Shown here: positions 20,384 to 30,020 of the stretch, in pieces
Layout of the letters: every line of letters starts with the position of its first letter
How positions within the stretch are numbered: position 1 is the first letter of the stretch
Assembly: GCA_040767965.1 (NCBI GenBank)
Contig: JAXGNR010000004.1
Span: 320,001-384,000, forward strand
Reading direction: 5' to 3'
DNA length: 64,000 nt
DNA from: Atribacterota bacterium
Lineage (GTDB): Bacteria > Atribacterota > Phoenicimicrobiia > Phoenicimicrobiales > Stramentimicrobiaceae
The notes under the pieces: model-generated
Database searches by the model: none
The model's input: the letters and a program-made list of their open reading frames with translations, nothing else
What the model was told of the DNA's origin: nothing
Translations under genes and position numbers: made by a program

Positions 20384-20443
20384 TAATAAAAAATGCTAGT
20401 TAAAGTAAATATTAGATTCAATAAATAGGAGAATTAAATAAAG

Positions 20444-21037
20444 ATGAAAAAAAACAGTTACCTTTTCCTCATTATCCTTTATTTGTTTTTATTGTTTATT
20501 TTCACTGGATCCTCTATAGCACAAGAAGAAAAGCTTCAGACTGAATCCAGCTGGTCTTCAATAGACGATGTTTTTATTAAACAGGAAAAAAATTTTTTGT
20601 TAAATCCTATAGATGTAGATGGTTCCATTAAAATTGGATTTACAGTGAAAGAAGTGCAAAAGATTATGGGTATCCCTGATAAAATAGATATAAAAAAATA
20701 TATCTACTATTATCGAAAATCTCCTGTTTATTTTAACAATGAATGGAAAGTTCAATCATGGGATAACCGGTATGGAAATTTACGGGTAACCCATGAGATG
20801 AGCAAAATAAGCTTAGGTGCACATATATCAGAGGTATTTAAAGAAAAAGGGTTTCCACAAAGAGCAATAAAATTAAAGAACAGTTACCAACTGGAATATT
20901 CTGATTCTACAATCTATTTTAATCACAAATGGAATGTAGAAGCTATTCAGGAAAAAAATAAACCTGCTTACCGGTCAGATAGGGAAAATATGTCTTTAGA
21001 CGATTTTTTAGAAGAATACCATCAATTTTTAGAGTAA
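20444..21037 (+). CDS. Exported protein with two SmpA/BamE-like repeats
   Basis: Signal peptide; IKIGFTVKEVQKIMGIP and ISLGAHISEVFKEKGFP repeats. Confidence 0.55.
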   Translation: MKKNSYLFLIILYLFLLFIFTGSSIAQEEKLQTESSWSSIDDVFIKQEKNFLLNPIDVDGSIKIGFTVKEVQKIMGIPDKIDIKKYIYYYRKSPVYFNNEWKVQSWDNRYGNLRVTHEMSKISLGAHISEVFKEKGFPQRAIKLKNSYQLEYSDSTIYFNHKWNVEAIQEKNKPAYRSDRENMSLDDFLEEYHQFLE

Positions 21038-21075
21038 ACTTAAAATTAGGTTATAAAAATTAAAGTTAAAAAATC

Positions 21076-22653
21076 TTAAAAAACATTTATTTTACCATCT
21101 AAAAAGGTATCTTTACTTAATTGTATTTGTCGAAAAATCTGCATAGCTACCGGAAGACAGTTCATTATATCACTAGCAATCATGCCGTCTTCACCTTTTT
21201 TTCTGGCAGCAAGATCTCCTGCAAATCCGTGAATTAAAACGGCTTCTCTGACAGCTGATTCAAGAGGGAGACCTAAACTGAATACGGCAGCGATAATCCC
21301 TGTAAGCACATCGCCCGAACCAGCAGTAGCCATGCCGCTGTTACCAGTCAAATTGAGAAAAACTTTGCCTTCTGGTGTGCATATTAGCGAATGGGCTCCT
21401 TTTAAAACAGCAAAACAATTATGCTTTTGGGTAAAATCTTGCATAAAGTTAACAGCTTCCACTTTAATTTCATCAGTTGATTTTTTAAGCAGTCTTGACA
21501 TTTCCCCTATGTGTGGAGTTAAAATAGTTGGAGAAATACGATTGTTCAGAATATTGATATTCTCACTTAACACTGTTAAGGCATCTCCATCAAGTAAAAG
21601 AGGTTTTTCAATATCAATAATCAATTTTTTTATTAATTGCCTGGTTTCATGTTCAACAGACAACCCCGGCCCCAATACCACCATATTTGATTCTGCTGAC
21701 CTTTTTAGCAATTCATCATAATTTTCAAGAGCAATAGTACCGCTATTGGTTTCTTTTTGAGGCAAATACACAACCTCTTTAGCCTGTGTACCAATATAGG
21801 GGACAATAGAAGATGGTGCGGCTAAGAGTGAATATCCGCCACCACATTTTAAGAAAGATAATGATGAAAAAACAGGAGCTCCAAGATAGTTTCTAGCACC
21901 TGATATAAAAAGAGTTTTACCAAAAGTACCTTTATGGCCATTTACTGGCCTTGCAGGCAGAGGAGAAGGGGTATTTAGTTCTATTTTCAATTCTTCTTTA
22001 TTATATAAAGCTGGAGGGAAAGAAATATGAGAGATATGTAATTTCCCACAATAAGAAAAACCCGGGTAGAGGAGATTGCCAATCTTAGGTAGGCCAAAAG
22101 TTATAGTATGATCAGCCTTTATGGCAATTCCCATTATTTGACCATTATCTCCGTTAATACCTGAGGGTATATCTATACTGATTACTGGTTGTTTATGATG
22201 GTGATTAATAAAACTGATAATCTGATAATAGATTCCTTCGATATCTTTTTGTAAACCGGTACCAAACATTGCATCAACAATAATACTGTTTGGGTTAATG
22301 TTTGCTTTTGCTGTTTCCAATACTATTTTGGTAAAGACAGGTATTTGTAATTTCTTTACTATTTCCCAGTTTTTTAAGGCAGCTCTTCTATATTTAAGAG
22401 GATCATTAATAATAAATAAGCATACTTTTGCGCCACATGAATGTAATTTCCTGGCTAAAACCAGACCATCTCCGCCATTATTGCCAGTTCCGCAAAAAAT
22501 AGAAAAAGAAGTATTTTTGATTTTAAAATATTCAGCTATTACCTGATATGCTGCCAAGCCGGCGTTTTCCATTAAAATATCTTCAGTAAAGCCATATTTA
22601 TTGATAGCCTCCTGATCCATATTTTGCATTTCTCTAACAAATGTTAATTTCAT
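21076..22653 (-). CDS. nnr: Bifunctional NAD(P)HX epimerase/dehydratase
   Basis: LMENAG, GNNGGDG, DAMFGTG, DIPSG, GPGL, TPHIGEM and GSGDVL. Confidence 0.95.
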   Translation of the reverse strand: MKLTFVREMQNMDQEAINKYGFTEDILMENAGLAAYQVIAEYFKIKNTSFSIFCGTGNNGGDGLVLARKLHSCGAKVCLFIINDPLKYRRAALKNWEIVKKLQIPVFTKIVLETAKANINPNSIIVDAMFGTGLQKDIEGIYYQIISFINHHHKQPVISIDIPSGINGDNGQIMGIAIKADHTITFGLPKIGNLLYPGFSYCGKLHISHISFPPALYNKEELKIELNTPSPLPARPVNGHKGTFGKTLFISGARNYLGAPVFSSLSFLKCGGGYSLLAAPSSIVPYIGTQAKEVVYLPQKETNSGTIALENYDELLKRSAESNMVVLGPGLSVEHETRQLIKKLIIDIEKPLLLDGDALTVLSENINILNNRISPTILTPHIGEMSRLLKKSTDEIKVEAVNFMQDFTQKHNCFAVLKGAHSLICTPEGKVFLNLTGNSGMATAGSGDVLTGIIAAVFSLGLPLESAVREAVLIHGFAGDLAARKKGEDGMIASDIMNCLPVAMQIFRQIQLSKDTFLDGKINVF

Positions 22654-22682
22654 TTTAGACCTTTAAGTCATTATTTTAATAA

Positions 22683-22907
22683 TTAATGATTGCATGATGA
22701 ACAGTTTTTACTGTGACAGGAAGCACAGTCTGAAGTATTGGTTGACAAATTGTTTCCTTTACATAAACCAAATCCGTCAAAAATTCTCTTAATGTGATGA
22801 CTACCGCATTTATCACAAATAAAATCACCTTTTTCCATATCTTTTATTGATGCCTTTATTTCTGTTTTAGCAAAACAATCCTGACATTGAAAAGTATAAT
22901 TAGGCAT
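22683..22907 (-). CDS. FmdB-family zinc-ribbon protein
   Basis: MPNYTFQCQDC...CDKCGS; Cys-rich tail; GGAGG RBS. Confidence 0.85.
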   Translation of the reverse strand: MPNYTFQCQDCFAKTEIKASIKDMEKGDFICDKCGSHHIKRIFDGFGLCKGNNLSTNTSDCASCHSKNCSSCNH

Positions 22908-23063
22908 ATCTTAACCTCCAAAGTTAAAGAAAGGGAAATCATACCGCTTAATTTATAATTTTATATTAACTAAAACAAAAATACAATATTTAGAAAATAA
23001 TAGTAAAATCATCTTATTATATTGTGTTTTACAAGAAGAACCACAGTCATTTTTTATAAAAAT

Positions 23064-23079
23064 AGGCATTTGATTTGCT
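23064..23079 (+). promoter_or_regulatory. Possible sigma54 (-24/-12) promoter upstream of the giant gene
   Basis: AGGCAT-TTGAT-TTGCT with GG-N10-GC spacing. A sigma70-like TTGCTA...TAAAAT overlaps it, so the call is ambiguous. Confidence 0.4.
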
Positions 23080-23146
23080 AACCAGGATAAAGATAGTAAA
23101 ATAGTATTATAATAATTATATTTTTAAGATAAGCAGGAAAAGAAAA

Positions 23147-26100
23147 ATGCAATTATCAAAGGATGATCAAGAATTAAATTTAACCTCAATTGATATCTTA
23201 CAATATTTGAATAAAGATGAAATCCTATTAAGGCATGGCTTAAAACAAAAAGATATTACCGTAATAAAAAAAGATGCTAATTTTAACAAAACCTTAAATA
23301 ATCTGATACAACAAAAAAAATTACAGGCAAAAGATATTTTAAGTTTAGTTATTGGTAAATTGAGGGAAATAGATGAAAATCTTAATACAAAGCAATGGTT
23401 AGAAATGATTTATTATTACTGTCAATTTTTGTCTTTTCCTGAAACAAGCCCGGCAGTTCAAAATATAAATCTTCCCACGAAAAAAATATTTACAATTTTT
23501 CTTTTATTTTATCGATTCCTGGTAATCGAACCTCATCAGCTTCAGAAGAAGTATTCTGCTTCCAGTTATCCTTTATTATTTTTAACTGAGAAAGAAATTT
23601 CTTCCCTGGAACAGCCTGCTGAATATCAAAAATTTTTAGAGGCATATAATAGATTGTTTGTATACGAAATGATGGTCTTAGGAAAAGAGATATTTGGGTA
23701 CAATACATGTGATCATATCTGTGGTGTGCATACTCTAGCTTTAAGCCTGGCGAGACAATTAAAAAGCCAGGGACTGTTTCTGGATTTAGGTATCATATCC
23801 GGAGCCGCTGCCGGACACGATATAGGTAAATATGGGTGTAAAAGCAACGAACAGGAAAAAGTTCCATATTTGCATTATTATTACACTGATATCTGGTTTC
23901 AGAGGCAAAATATTCCTTATATAGGCCATATTGCAGTTAATCATTCTGTTTGGGATCTGGAATTAGAAAACCTTTCTTTAGAGTCCTTGATATTAATATA
24001 CTCAGATTTTCGGGTAAAAAATATTCCCCAAACACAGGAAATGTATATTTATTCCTTACAGGATTCATTTCGAATAATTTTAGAAAAATTAGATAATTTA
24101 GACAGACAAAAAGAGAGAAGGTACAAAAGAGTTTTTGCCAAATTACAGGATTTTGAAGAATTTTTGATTGAAAAGGGGATAGAAACCTGTCCAGTCCTTT
24201 CTGATAACACAAAAAAACAAAAAACAAAAAACAGTGTTTCCTATTCTTTACTGCATGGTGAAGAAATTATTAAACACCTCAAGCAACTGTCTTTAGAGCA
24301 CAGTTTTAATTTAATGTATCAGCTGAGAAATGAGCCTGCTGTTAATTCAATATTAGAACTTGCTCGAAGTGAAAAGAATTGGCAGAATATTCAGGATTAT
24401 TTAAGAATATTTTCTGAATATTCAACTTACCTTAATCAAAAAGAAAAATTATTCACTTTAAGATTTTTATATGAAAAACTAATTTTTCCGGAAGAAGGAA
24501 TAAGAAGAAGAAGTGCTAAATTAATTGGCTATTTAATTGCCGGTTTTGATGAAAAATATCGTAAAGAGATACCTGAAAATGTAGAGATAATATCATCTAA
24601 AATAAAAAGCTATAACTTGTTAGGGAAATATATTCAAGAAATTATTGAGCCTAAACATAAGGTTCCTGAAATGATTTATGCCAGAGTAAGAGAAAATCTT
24701 GCTTTTGTATTTGAGGCCTTGTTTGAGAAAAGTCAGGGACGTCAAATAAGGGATTTCAGAAGGGTTATCAATGGAATATATAAAAAGTATACTTATAAAC
24801 AGATTTCTAAAGATAAGGCAGTTTGTCTATTACAGGCTATCAGATATATCCCGTTCTTATTAAATGAAAATATAGATTCTGTTTTAGTAGATTTTCTAGA
24901 CCAATTTATCGAACATAAAGATGATATTTTGAGATTGAATTCCCTCTCTGTTATTGAAGAAATTATAGATAAATTACCGGAAAAAGATCCTTTTCGAGAA
25001 AAATGTCAATTTCTATTAATTAATAAACCTGACAAATCTGTTTTCCCTGTAGAAAATTATCTATGTTACAAATTGCTAACCAAGACAAAGAATAATCAGT
25101 ATTTGCCTAAACGTTTTCAAGAGTATTGTCAGCAGGACAAAGAGAAAATTGATCGAATGTATTTAACCAATTTAAAAACATCTACTGACCCTATAATCAA
25201 AAAAATACAAATTGACATACTTCTAGAAAAGGCAAAAACGGACAGAAAAGAAGCTGTCTATACAGCTCTGCATTTTTGTAATATCCTGAAAGTAAGTAGT
25301 CATGAATCTATCAGAAATTATGCTGGTAAATCCTTAATTAAAATTATCCCATATTTAAATATGGAACATAAAAATGATATTGCAATTGAATTGTTGAAGG
25401 CTTTGGAGATTGATGACTATCAGTATACAAAATATATTCCATATTATTTAGGACAATTAATTCCTTTCTTGCCGCCTGGTGAGATAGATGAATTTATTGC
25501 TGAATTTGAGCAAAAAACAAAAATATCCGATCAGTGGATCAGTGTTCTGCTTTTGAGAACAATTGCTGTGGCTATTAGCAGGTATGCTCCTTATCAAAGC
25601 AGATATAATGAAAGTTCAGAGAAGGTAGAAGATAGATTAAAGAGAATGTTAGGGATTTTGATGAATGGTTTGGTACATCAGGATTCACCGGTAAAAAGGA
25701 TTACTTCACATGCTATAGGCAGAGAGATATTTGCCTCAGAGCATCTCACTCTCAGGGAAAAGAGTGTTATTTTACGTTTTATCGCAAAAAAATTATTAAA
25801 TCTATTGTCCTCTATCTCAATTCAGGACTCACTATTATTTTTTACAAATACTGTTGCATTGCACCAGATATATGTATATATGTCTGATTATATCTTTTTT
25901 GAAGGCTCCTTAAAGCTGGCAGTTCCTACCAAAGTGGCCTTTTTCCCAGGGTCATTTGACCCTTTTTCCACCAGTCATAAAGAAATAGTAAAAGAAATTG
26001 AAAAGATGGGAATAGAAGTATATTTGTCTGTAGATGAGTATTCCTGGTCTAAAAGAACCCAACCTCATCTTTATAGAAAAAATTTAATTAATATGTCAAT

Positions 26101-28144
26101 TGCTGATGAATTAGATGTTTATTTATATCCTGAAAATCTGCCTAATAATATTGCAAATCCTACTAATCTTAAATTACTGAAAAAGCAGTTTCCATTTTCA
26201 AAAATATACATTGTTGCCGGAAGTGATGTATTGTTAAATGCTTCAGCTTATTCAGAAAGCAATAATATCGATTCTATAATGCATTTCCCTCACATTATCT
26301 TTAGCCGAAAACCTTTTCATTTAAGCAGTGAACAAAAAGATAAATATTTATCAATAATGAATAAAATAAAAGCAGAAGTTATTCAATTAAATTTAGAAAC
26401 TCCTTTTGAAGAAATAAGCTCAAGCCTGATAAGAAAAAATATTGATAATCACCGGGATATAACCGGGTTAGTTGATCCTCTTGCAGAAAGATTCATCTAT
26501 CAACACAGTTTATACCAGCGTGAACCCCAATTCAAGGCAACACTGCAAAAAGTTTTTACTGAAATAGAAATAATAGAGAAATTTAAAGATTCTTTTATCC
26601 AATCTTTAGTTGAAGATATATTCCCTGATAATTTGAAGTCGGAAGTGGAAAAATGCTTAAAATTATTAAGGAAAAAACAAAATCCCCGGCTCATTATATT
26701 AAAAGATACTCTCAAAAAAGAAAGGAAACTTGGTTTTGCAGCAGTACACTGGGTAAGGTCAAGTTTGTTTTATCACGAATTTCAGGATAACAATATTACC
26801 CAGTTTATAAGAGATTATGCTACTGGGAGAACTATTATCATAGACGGAGTTTTTATAACAGATAGCATCAAAGATGAACTACATTTAAACCAGCTAAGGC
26901 AAATCATATTAACCCAGACGCTTACTTTTTGTGTGCAAAAAGATTATGATTATGCCATTTTTAAAAATATGATTCCTTTAATGGACAACAAAGGCTTAGT
27001 GGAATTAATGGAGTTGTATGGTTTTACAGAGATACCGGTCAGCAATAAGAATTATCCTATTCTGGCAGTTGATATCCGTAAGCCTAGCACAGTAAATCTG
27101 GATATAGAAACTCTTATAAAAGAGCCTTTTGTAAAGAATAAGAGAATAATTCAGGCAATATACAATGCTCGTAAAAGTATGCTGAAGGCGATGACTCAAT
27201 TATATCCAGGTCATTTGTTGATACCTTTTAATATGGATATTGTTAACCAGTCAATTGTAAAAAAAGTATGTCATGAAAATGGTGTTTCGATTGTACAGAG
27301 CGAAGTTAATGCATCAGGCCCATTGATGTGTGTTCCTTTTGGAAAAATATTACATAAAATGGTTGTCCCCAATACAGTTACAAAGTCATTACATACTGAT
27401 AAAATATTTACACCAGATATGCAACATTTTAAAATCGATGCATTTTCTAATTATATGAGTTTGGAAAACCAGGTAAAAATGATCAAGTCTTTCAATAAGC
27501 CGGTACTATTAATTGATGATTTACTGCACAAAGGATATCGCCTTAAGGCAATCAGTCCTCTTTTACAGAAAGAAAAAATAAAAGTTCATAAAATTATTGT
27601 TGGCTTAATATCAGGAAGAGGAAAAGAATTGGCCATGATGCAAAAACGTTCTGTAGATAGCGCTTATTTTATTCCTAATTTACGAGTATGGTTTAATGAA
27701 AGTGATCTATGCCCTTTTATCGGAGGAGATGGTTTGTTTCGTCAGGAACCGGATCAGGGGAATTTGGTTCGTTCAATCAATATGATTTTACCATATGCCT
27801 ACCCAGTCTTTCTAAAAGGAGTTAAATCAGAGACTATTTATCGTTTTTCTGAAATCAGTATTGAAAATGCCATCAATATTATTCTGGCTTTAGAAGAAGA
27901 ATACCAGGAAATCTATCATCGCAAGTTAACATTAGGACATTTGGGAGAAGTATGCATCTATCCCAGGTATCCTGATCAGGGTAAAAGCATTCACTATGAT
28001 CTTGCCCTGACTGTATCTCTTTACCTGGAAAACAATCTGGAATTATTGCAGAGAAGCTGGGAAAGAGAAAAGAAAGCAAAAAAGGAAGATATGCTACTTT
28101 ATCCCAATTCCCAGGAATTTTCTAATAGAAAGGAGGTTTTATGA
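23147..28144 (+). CDS. Giant multidomain protein: HD domain, HEAT-like repeats, NadD-like nucleotidyltransferase, GNAT-like segment, PRTase-like C-terminus
   Basis: H190..GHDIGK(H224/D225)..H243..H266..D287; FPGSFDPFSTSH (G935-H944), IVAGSD, ISSSLIR (~aa 1090); VLLIDDLLHKG (aa 1453-1463). Confidence 0.75.
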   Translation: MQLSKDDQELNLTSIDILQYLNKDEILLRHGLKQKDITVIKKDANFNKTLNNLIQQKKLQAKDILSLVIGKLREIDENLNTKQWLEMIYYYCQFLSFPETSPAVQNINLPTKKIFTIFLLFYRFLVIEPHQLQKKYSASSYPLLFLTEKEISSLEQPAEYQKFLEAYNRLFVYEMMVLGKEIFGYNTCDHICGVHTLALSLARQLKSQGLFLDLGIISGAAAGHDIGKYGCKSNEQEKVPYLHYYYTDIWFQRQNIPYIGHIAVNHSVWDLELENLSLESLILIYSDFRVKNIPQTQEMYIYSLQDSFRIILEKLDNLDRQKERRYKRVFAKLQDFEEFLIEKGIETCPVLSDNTKKQKTKNSVSYSLLHGEEIIKHLKQLSLEHSFNLMYQLRNEPAVNSILELARSEKNWQNIQDYLRIFSEYSTYLNQKEKLFTLRFLYEKLIFPEEGIRRRSAKLIGYLIAGFDEKYRKEIPENVEIISSKIKSYNLLGKYIQEIIEPKHKVPEMIYARVRENLAFVFEALFEKSQGRQIRDFRRVINGIYKKYTYKQISKDKAVCLLQAIRYIPFLLNENIDSVLVDFLDQFIEHKDDILRLNSLSVIEEIIDKLPEKDPFREKCQFLLINKPDKSVFPVENYLCYKLLTKTKNNQYLPKRFQEYCQQDKEKIDRMYLTNLKTSTDPIIKKIQIDILLEKAKTDRKEAVYTALHFCNILKVSSHESIRNYAGKSLIKIIPYLNMEHKNDIAIELLKALEIDDYQYTKYIPYYLGQLIPFLPPGEIDEFIAEFEQKTKISDQWISVLLLRTIAVAISRYAPYQSRYNESSEKVEDRLKRMLGILMNGLVHQDSPVKRITSHAIGREIFASEHLTLREKSVILRFIAKKLLNLLSSISIQDSLLFFTNTVALHQIYVYMSDYIFFEGSLKLAVPTKVAFFPGSFDPFSTSHKEIVKEIEKMGIEVYLSVDEYSWSKRTQPHLYRKNLINMSIADELDVYLYPENLPNNIANPTNLKLLKKQFPFSKIYIVAGSDVLLNASAYSESNNIDSIMHFPHIIFSRKPFHLSSEQKDKYLSIMNKIKAEVIQLNLETPFEEISSSLIRKNIDNHRDITGLVDPLAERFIYQHSLYQREPQFKATLQKVFTEIEIIEKFKDSFIQSLVEDIFPDNLKSEVEKCLKLLRKKQNPRLIILKDTLKKERKLGFAAVHWVRSSLFYHEFQDNNITQFIRDYATGRTIIIDGVFITDSIKDELHLNQLRQIILTQTLTFCVQKDYDYAIFKNMIPLMDNKGLVELMELYGFTEIPVSNKNYPILAVDIRKPSTVNLDIETLIKEPFVKNKRIIQAIYNARKSMLKAMTQLYPGHLLIPFNMDIVNQSIVKKVCHENGVSIVQSEVNASGPLMCVPFGKILHKMVVPNTVTKSLHTDKIFTPDMQHFKIDAFSNYMSLENQVKMIKSFNKPVLLIDDLLHKGYRLKAISPLLQKEKIKVHKIIVGLISGRGKELAMMQKRSVDSAYFIPNLRVWFNESDLCPFIGGDGLFRQEPDQGNLVRSINMILPYAYPVFLKGVKSETIYRFSEISIENAINIILALEEEYQEIYHRKLTLGHLGEVCIYPRYPDQGKSIHYDLALTVSLYLENNLELLQRSWEREKKAKKEDMLLYPNSQEFSNRKEVL

Positions 28145-29412
28145 TTTACTACTATCGATATTCCAATAAATTACTTTTTTCAAAGTATAAAATAAAGAAA
28201 CTGGTAACAATAAAAAATGATGATCCGGTTGTCCACCAAAAAAAATTTCTCTATTATCTGGATAGGCAAGAATGGGGAAAAGTAAGTCCTAAAAGCGTCT
28301 TGATTCACCCTGGTCAGTTGAAAGGACAGGAAGATATAAGTATATTAAAAAATACTTATGGTGATAATGATGATTTTGACTGTTTACCTGGCTGGATTAA
28401 AAAAAAGATAAAAGATAGAGAAATTGGCTTTATAAATTATAATCATCCTGGATGGAAGAAAATTCTAAAATGGGAAAAACCGGCCAGGTGGAAGGTAAAT
28501 ATTATTGGTTTAGGTAATGTAGGTGGTACTTTGTTGACTGCATTGCGCTTGATTGGAAGTGAAAAAATTACTGAAATAGGCATTTTTGATACAAATGAAC
28601 AAGCTCTTTCGCGTTGGGAACAAGAAGTAAATCAGATAGTAGATAGCTCCTCAAAAATTGACATGCCTAATGTAAAAATAATTAAAGAAAATAAAATATT
28701 TGAAGCAGATATGGTCATATTCTGTATTTCTATAGGGGTTCCTCCACCAGGACAAAAAATAAAAGATGTTAGAATGATGCAATTTACTGCCAACTCAGGA
28801 ATTATTAATATCTATGCCCAACAAGCTAGAAAGTTAGGTTATAACGGTATTTTTGCAGTTGTTTCCGATCCTGTTGATTTATTGTGCCAAAGTGCTTTTT
28901 TAACAAGCAATCGGAACGAAAAAGGCATTTTGGATGGGGAAGGTCTTAGCCCTGATCAAATTAGAGGATTTGGATTAGGAGTAATGCATGGCAGGGCTGT
29001 TTATTATGCAAATAAAAATAAAAAGACCAGACTTTATCTTGAAAAAGGCCGTGTATTTGGCCCTCATGGAAAAGGGCTGGTTATTGCAGACAATATGGAA
29101 GATTACAACCATCAACAATCAATTGTTTTATCTAAAAAGGTACTGCAGGCAAATATTGCCATCAGAAGAACTGGTTTTAAACCATATATTGCACCGGCTC
29201 TTTCTTCTGGAGCTTTGTCAGTACTGGCTTTAATAAGTGGAGACTGGCATTATAGTGCAGCTTTTCTGGGAGGAATATTTTGGGGTGCTAAAAATAGACA
29301 AACCTCTCTCGGTTTGGAGTGGGAGCAGAACAGCATATCAACGGATTTATTTGAAAGAATAAACAATAGTTATCAATATCTTAAAAAATTAGCCCAAAAT
29401 TTGGAAAAATAA
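28141..29412 (+). CDS. Divergent lactate/malate dehydrogenase-fold protein with N-terminal extension
   Basis: IIGLGNVG, GIFD, VVSDPVD, GLGVMHGR and FGPHG; AAGGAGG RBS and ATGA overlap with the upstream gene. Confidence 0.8.
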   Translation: MIYYYRYSNKLLFSKYKIKKLVTIKNDDPVVHQKKFLYYLDRQEWGKVSPKSVLIHPGQLKGQEDISILKNTYGDNDDFDCLPGWIKKKIKDREIGFINYNHPGWKKILKWEKPARWKVNIIGLGNVGGTLLTALRLIGSEKITEIGIFDTNEQALSRWEQEVNQIVDSSSKIDMPNVKIIKENKIFEADMVIFCISIGVPPPGQKIKDVRMMQFTANSGIINIYAQQARKLGYNGIFAVVSDPVDLLCQSAFLTSNRNEKGILDGEGLSPDQIRGFGLGVMHGRAVYYANKNKKTRLYLEKGRVFGPHGKGLVIADNMEDYNHQQSIVLSKKVLQANIAIRRTGFKPYIAPALSSGALSVLALISGDWHYSAAFLGGIFWGAKNRQTSLGLEWEQNSISTDLFERINNSYQYLKKLAQNLEK

Positions 29413-29480
29413 AAAAATAACATATAATAAAAAAACTAAAAATAAAAAACTTGTCATAAAGGAATTGTCAGGAGGGGAAA

Positions 29481-30020
29481 ATGAAAGCTTTATTGATAAT
29501 TGATGTGCAAAATGATTTTATTAGAAATGGTTCTCTTGCAGTCAACAAAGCTGAAAGGATTATTCCAATTATAAATAAGTTATTACAAAAGTTTGATTAT
29601 AGTATGGCCTCTAAGGATTGTCACCCCCAGGAATCTGTTCATTTTAAAAAATGGCCACCTCATTGTGTTGCAGGTACAACAGGGGCTGCTTTCCCTTTTG
29701 ATTTAGATCAAGAAAAAATAAATCAAATTCTATATAAAGGAACCAGCAATAAAGATGATGGATATTCAGCATTTGAGGCCAACAATATAAACTTGATAGA
29801 ACATCTACAAGAAAAAGGAATAACTGACTTATACATTTGTGGAATAGCATTAGAGTTTTGCGTGAAATCCACAGTTCTGGATGCCTTAGAAAAAAGACTT
29901 AATGTCTATATGTTAAAAGATGCCATTGCTCCTTTTTCTGAAAAAGAAGAAGAGATTAAACAGTATTATTCTGAATTGGAAAATGCAGGTGCAAAAATTA
30001 TTTCCTCAACAGCAGTATAA
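29481..30020 (+). CDS. pncA: Nicotinamidase/pyrazinamidase
   Basis: IIDVQNDF..GSL, KDCHP, WPPHC, KG...YSAF and GIALEFCV. Confidence 0.88.
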   Translation: MKALLIIDVQNDFIRNGSLAVNKAERIIPIINKLLQKFDYSMASKDCHPQESVHFKKWPPHCVAGTTGAAFPFDLDQEKINQILYKGTSNKDDGYSAFEANNINLIEHLQEKGITDLYICGIALEFCVKSTVLDALEKRLNVYMLKDAIAPFSEKEEEIKQYYSELENAGAKIISSTAV

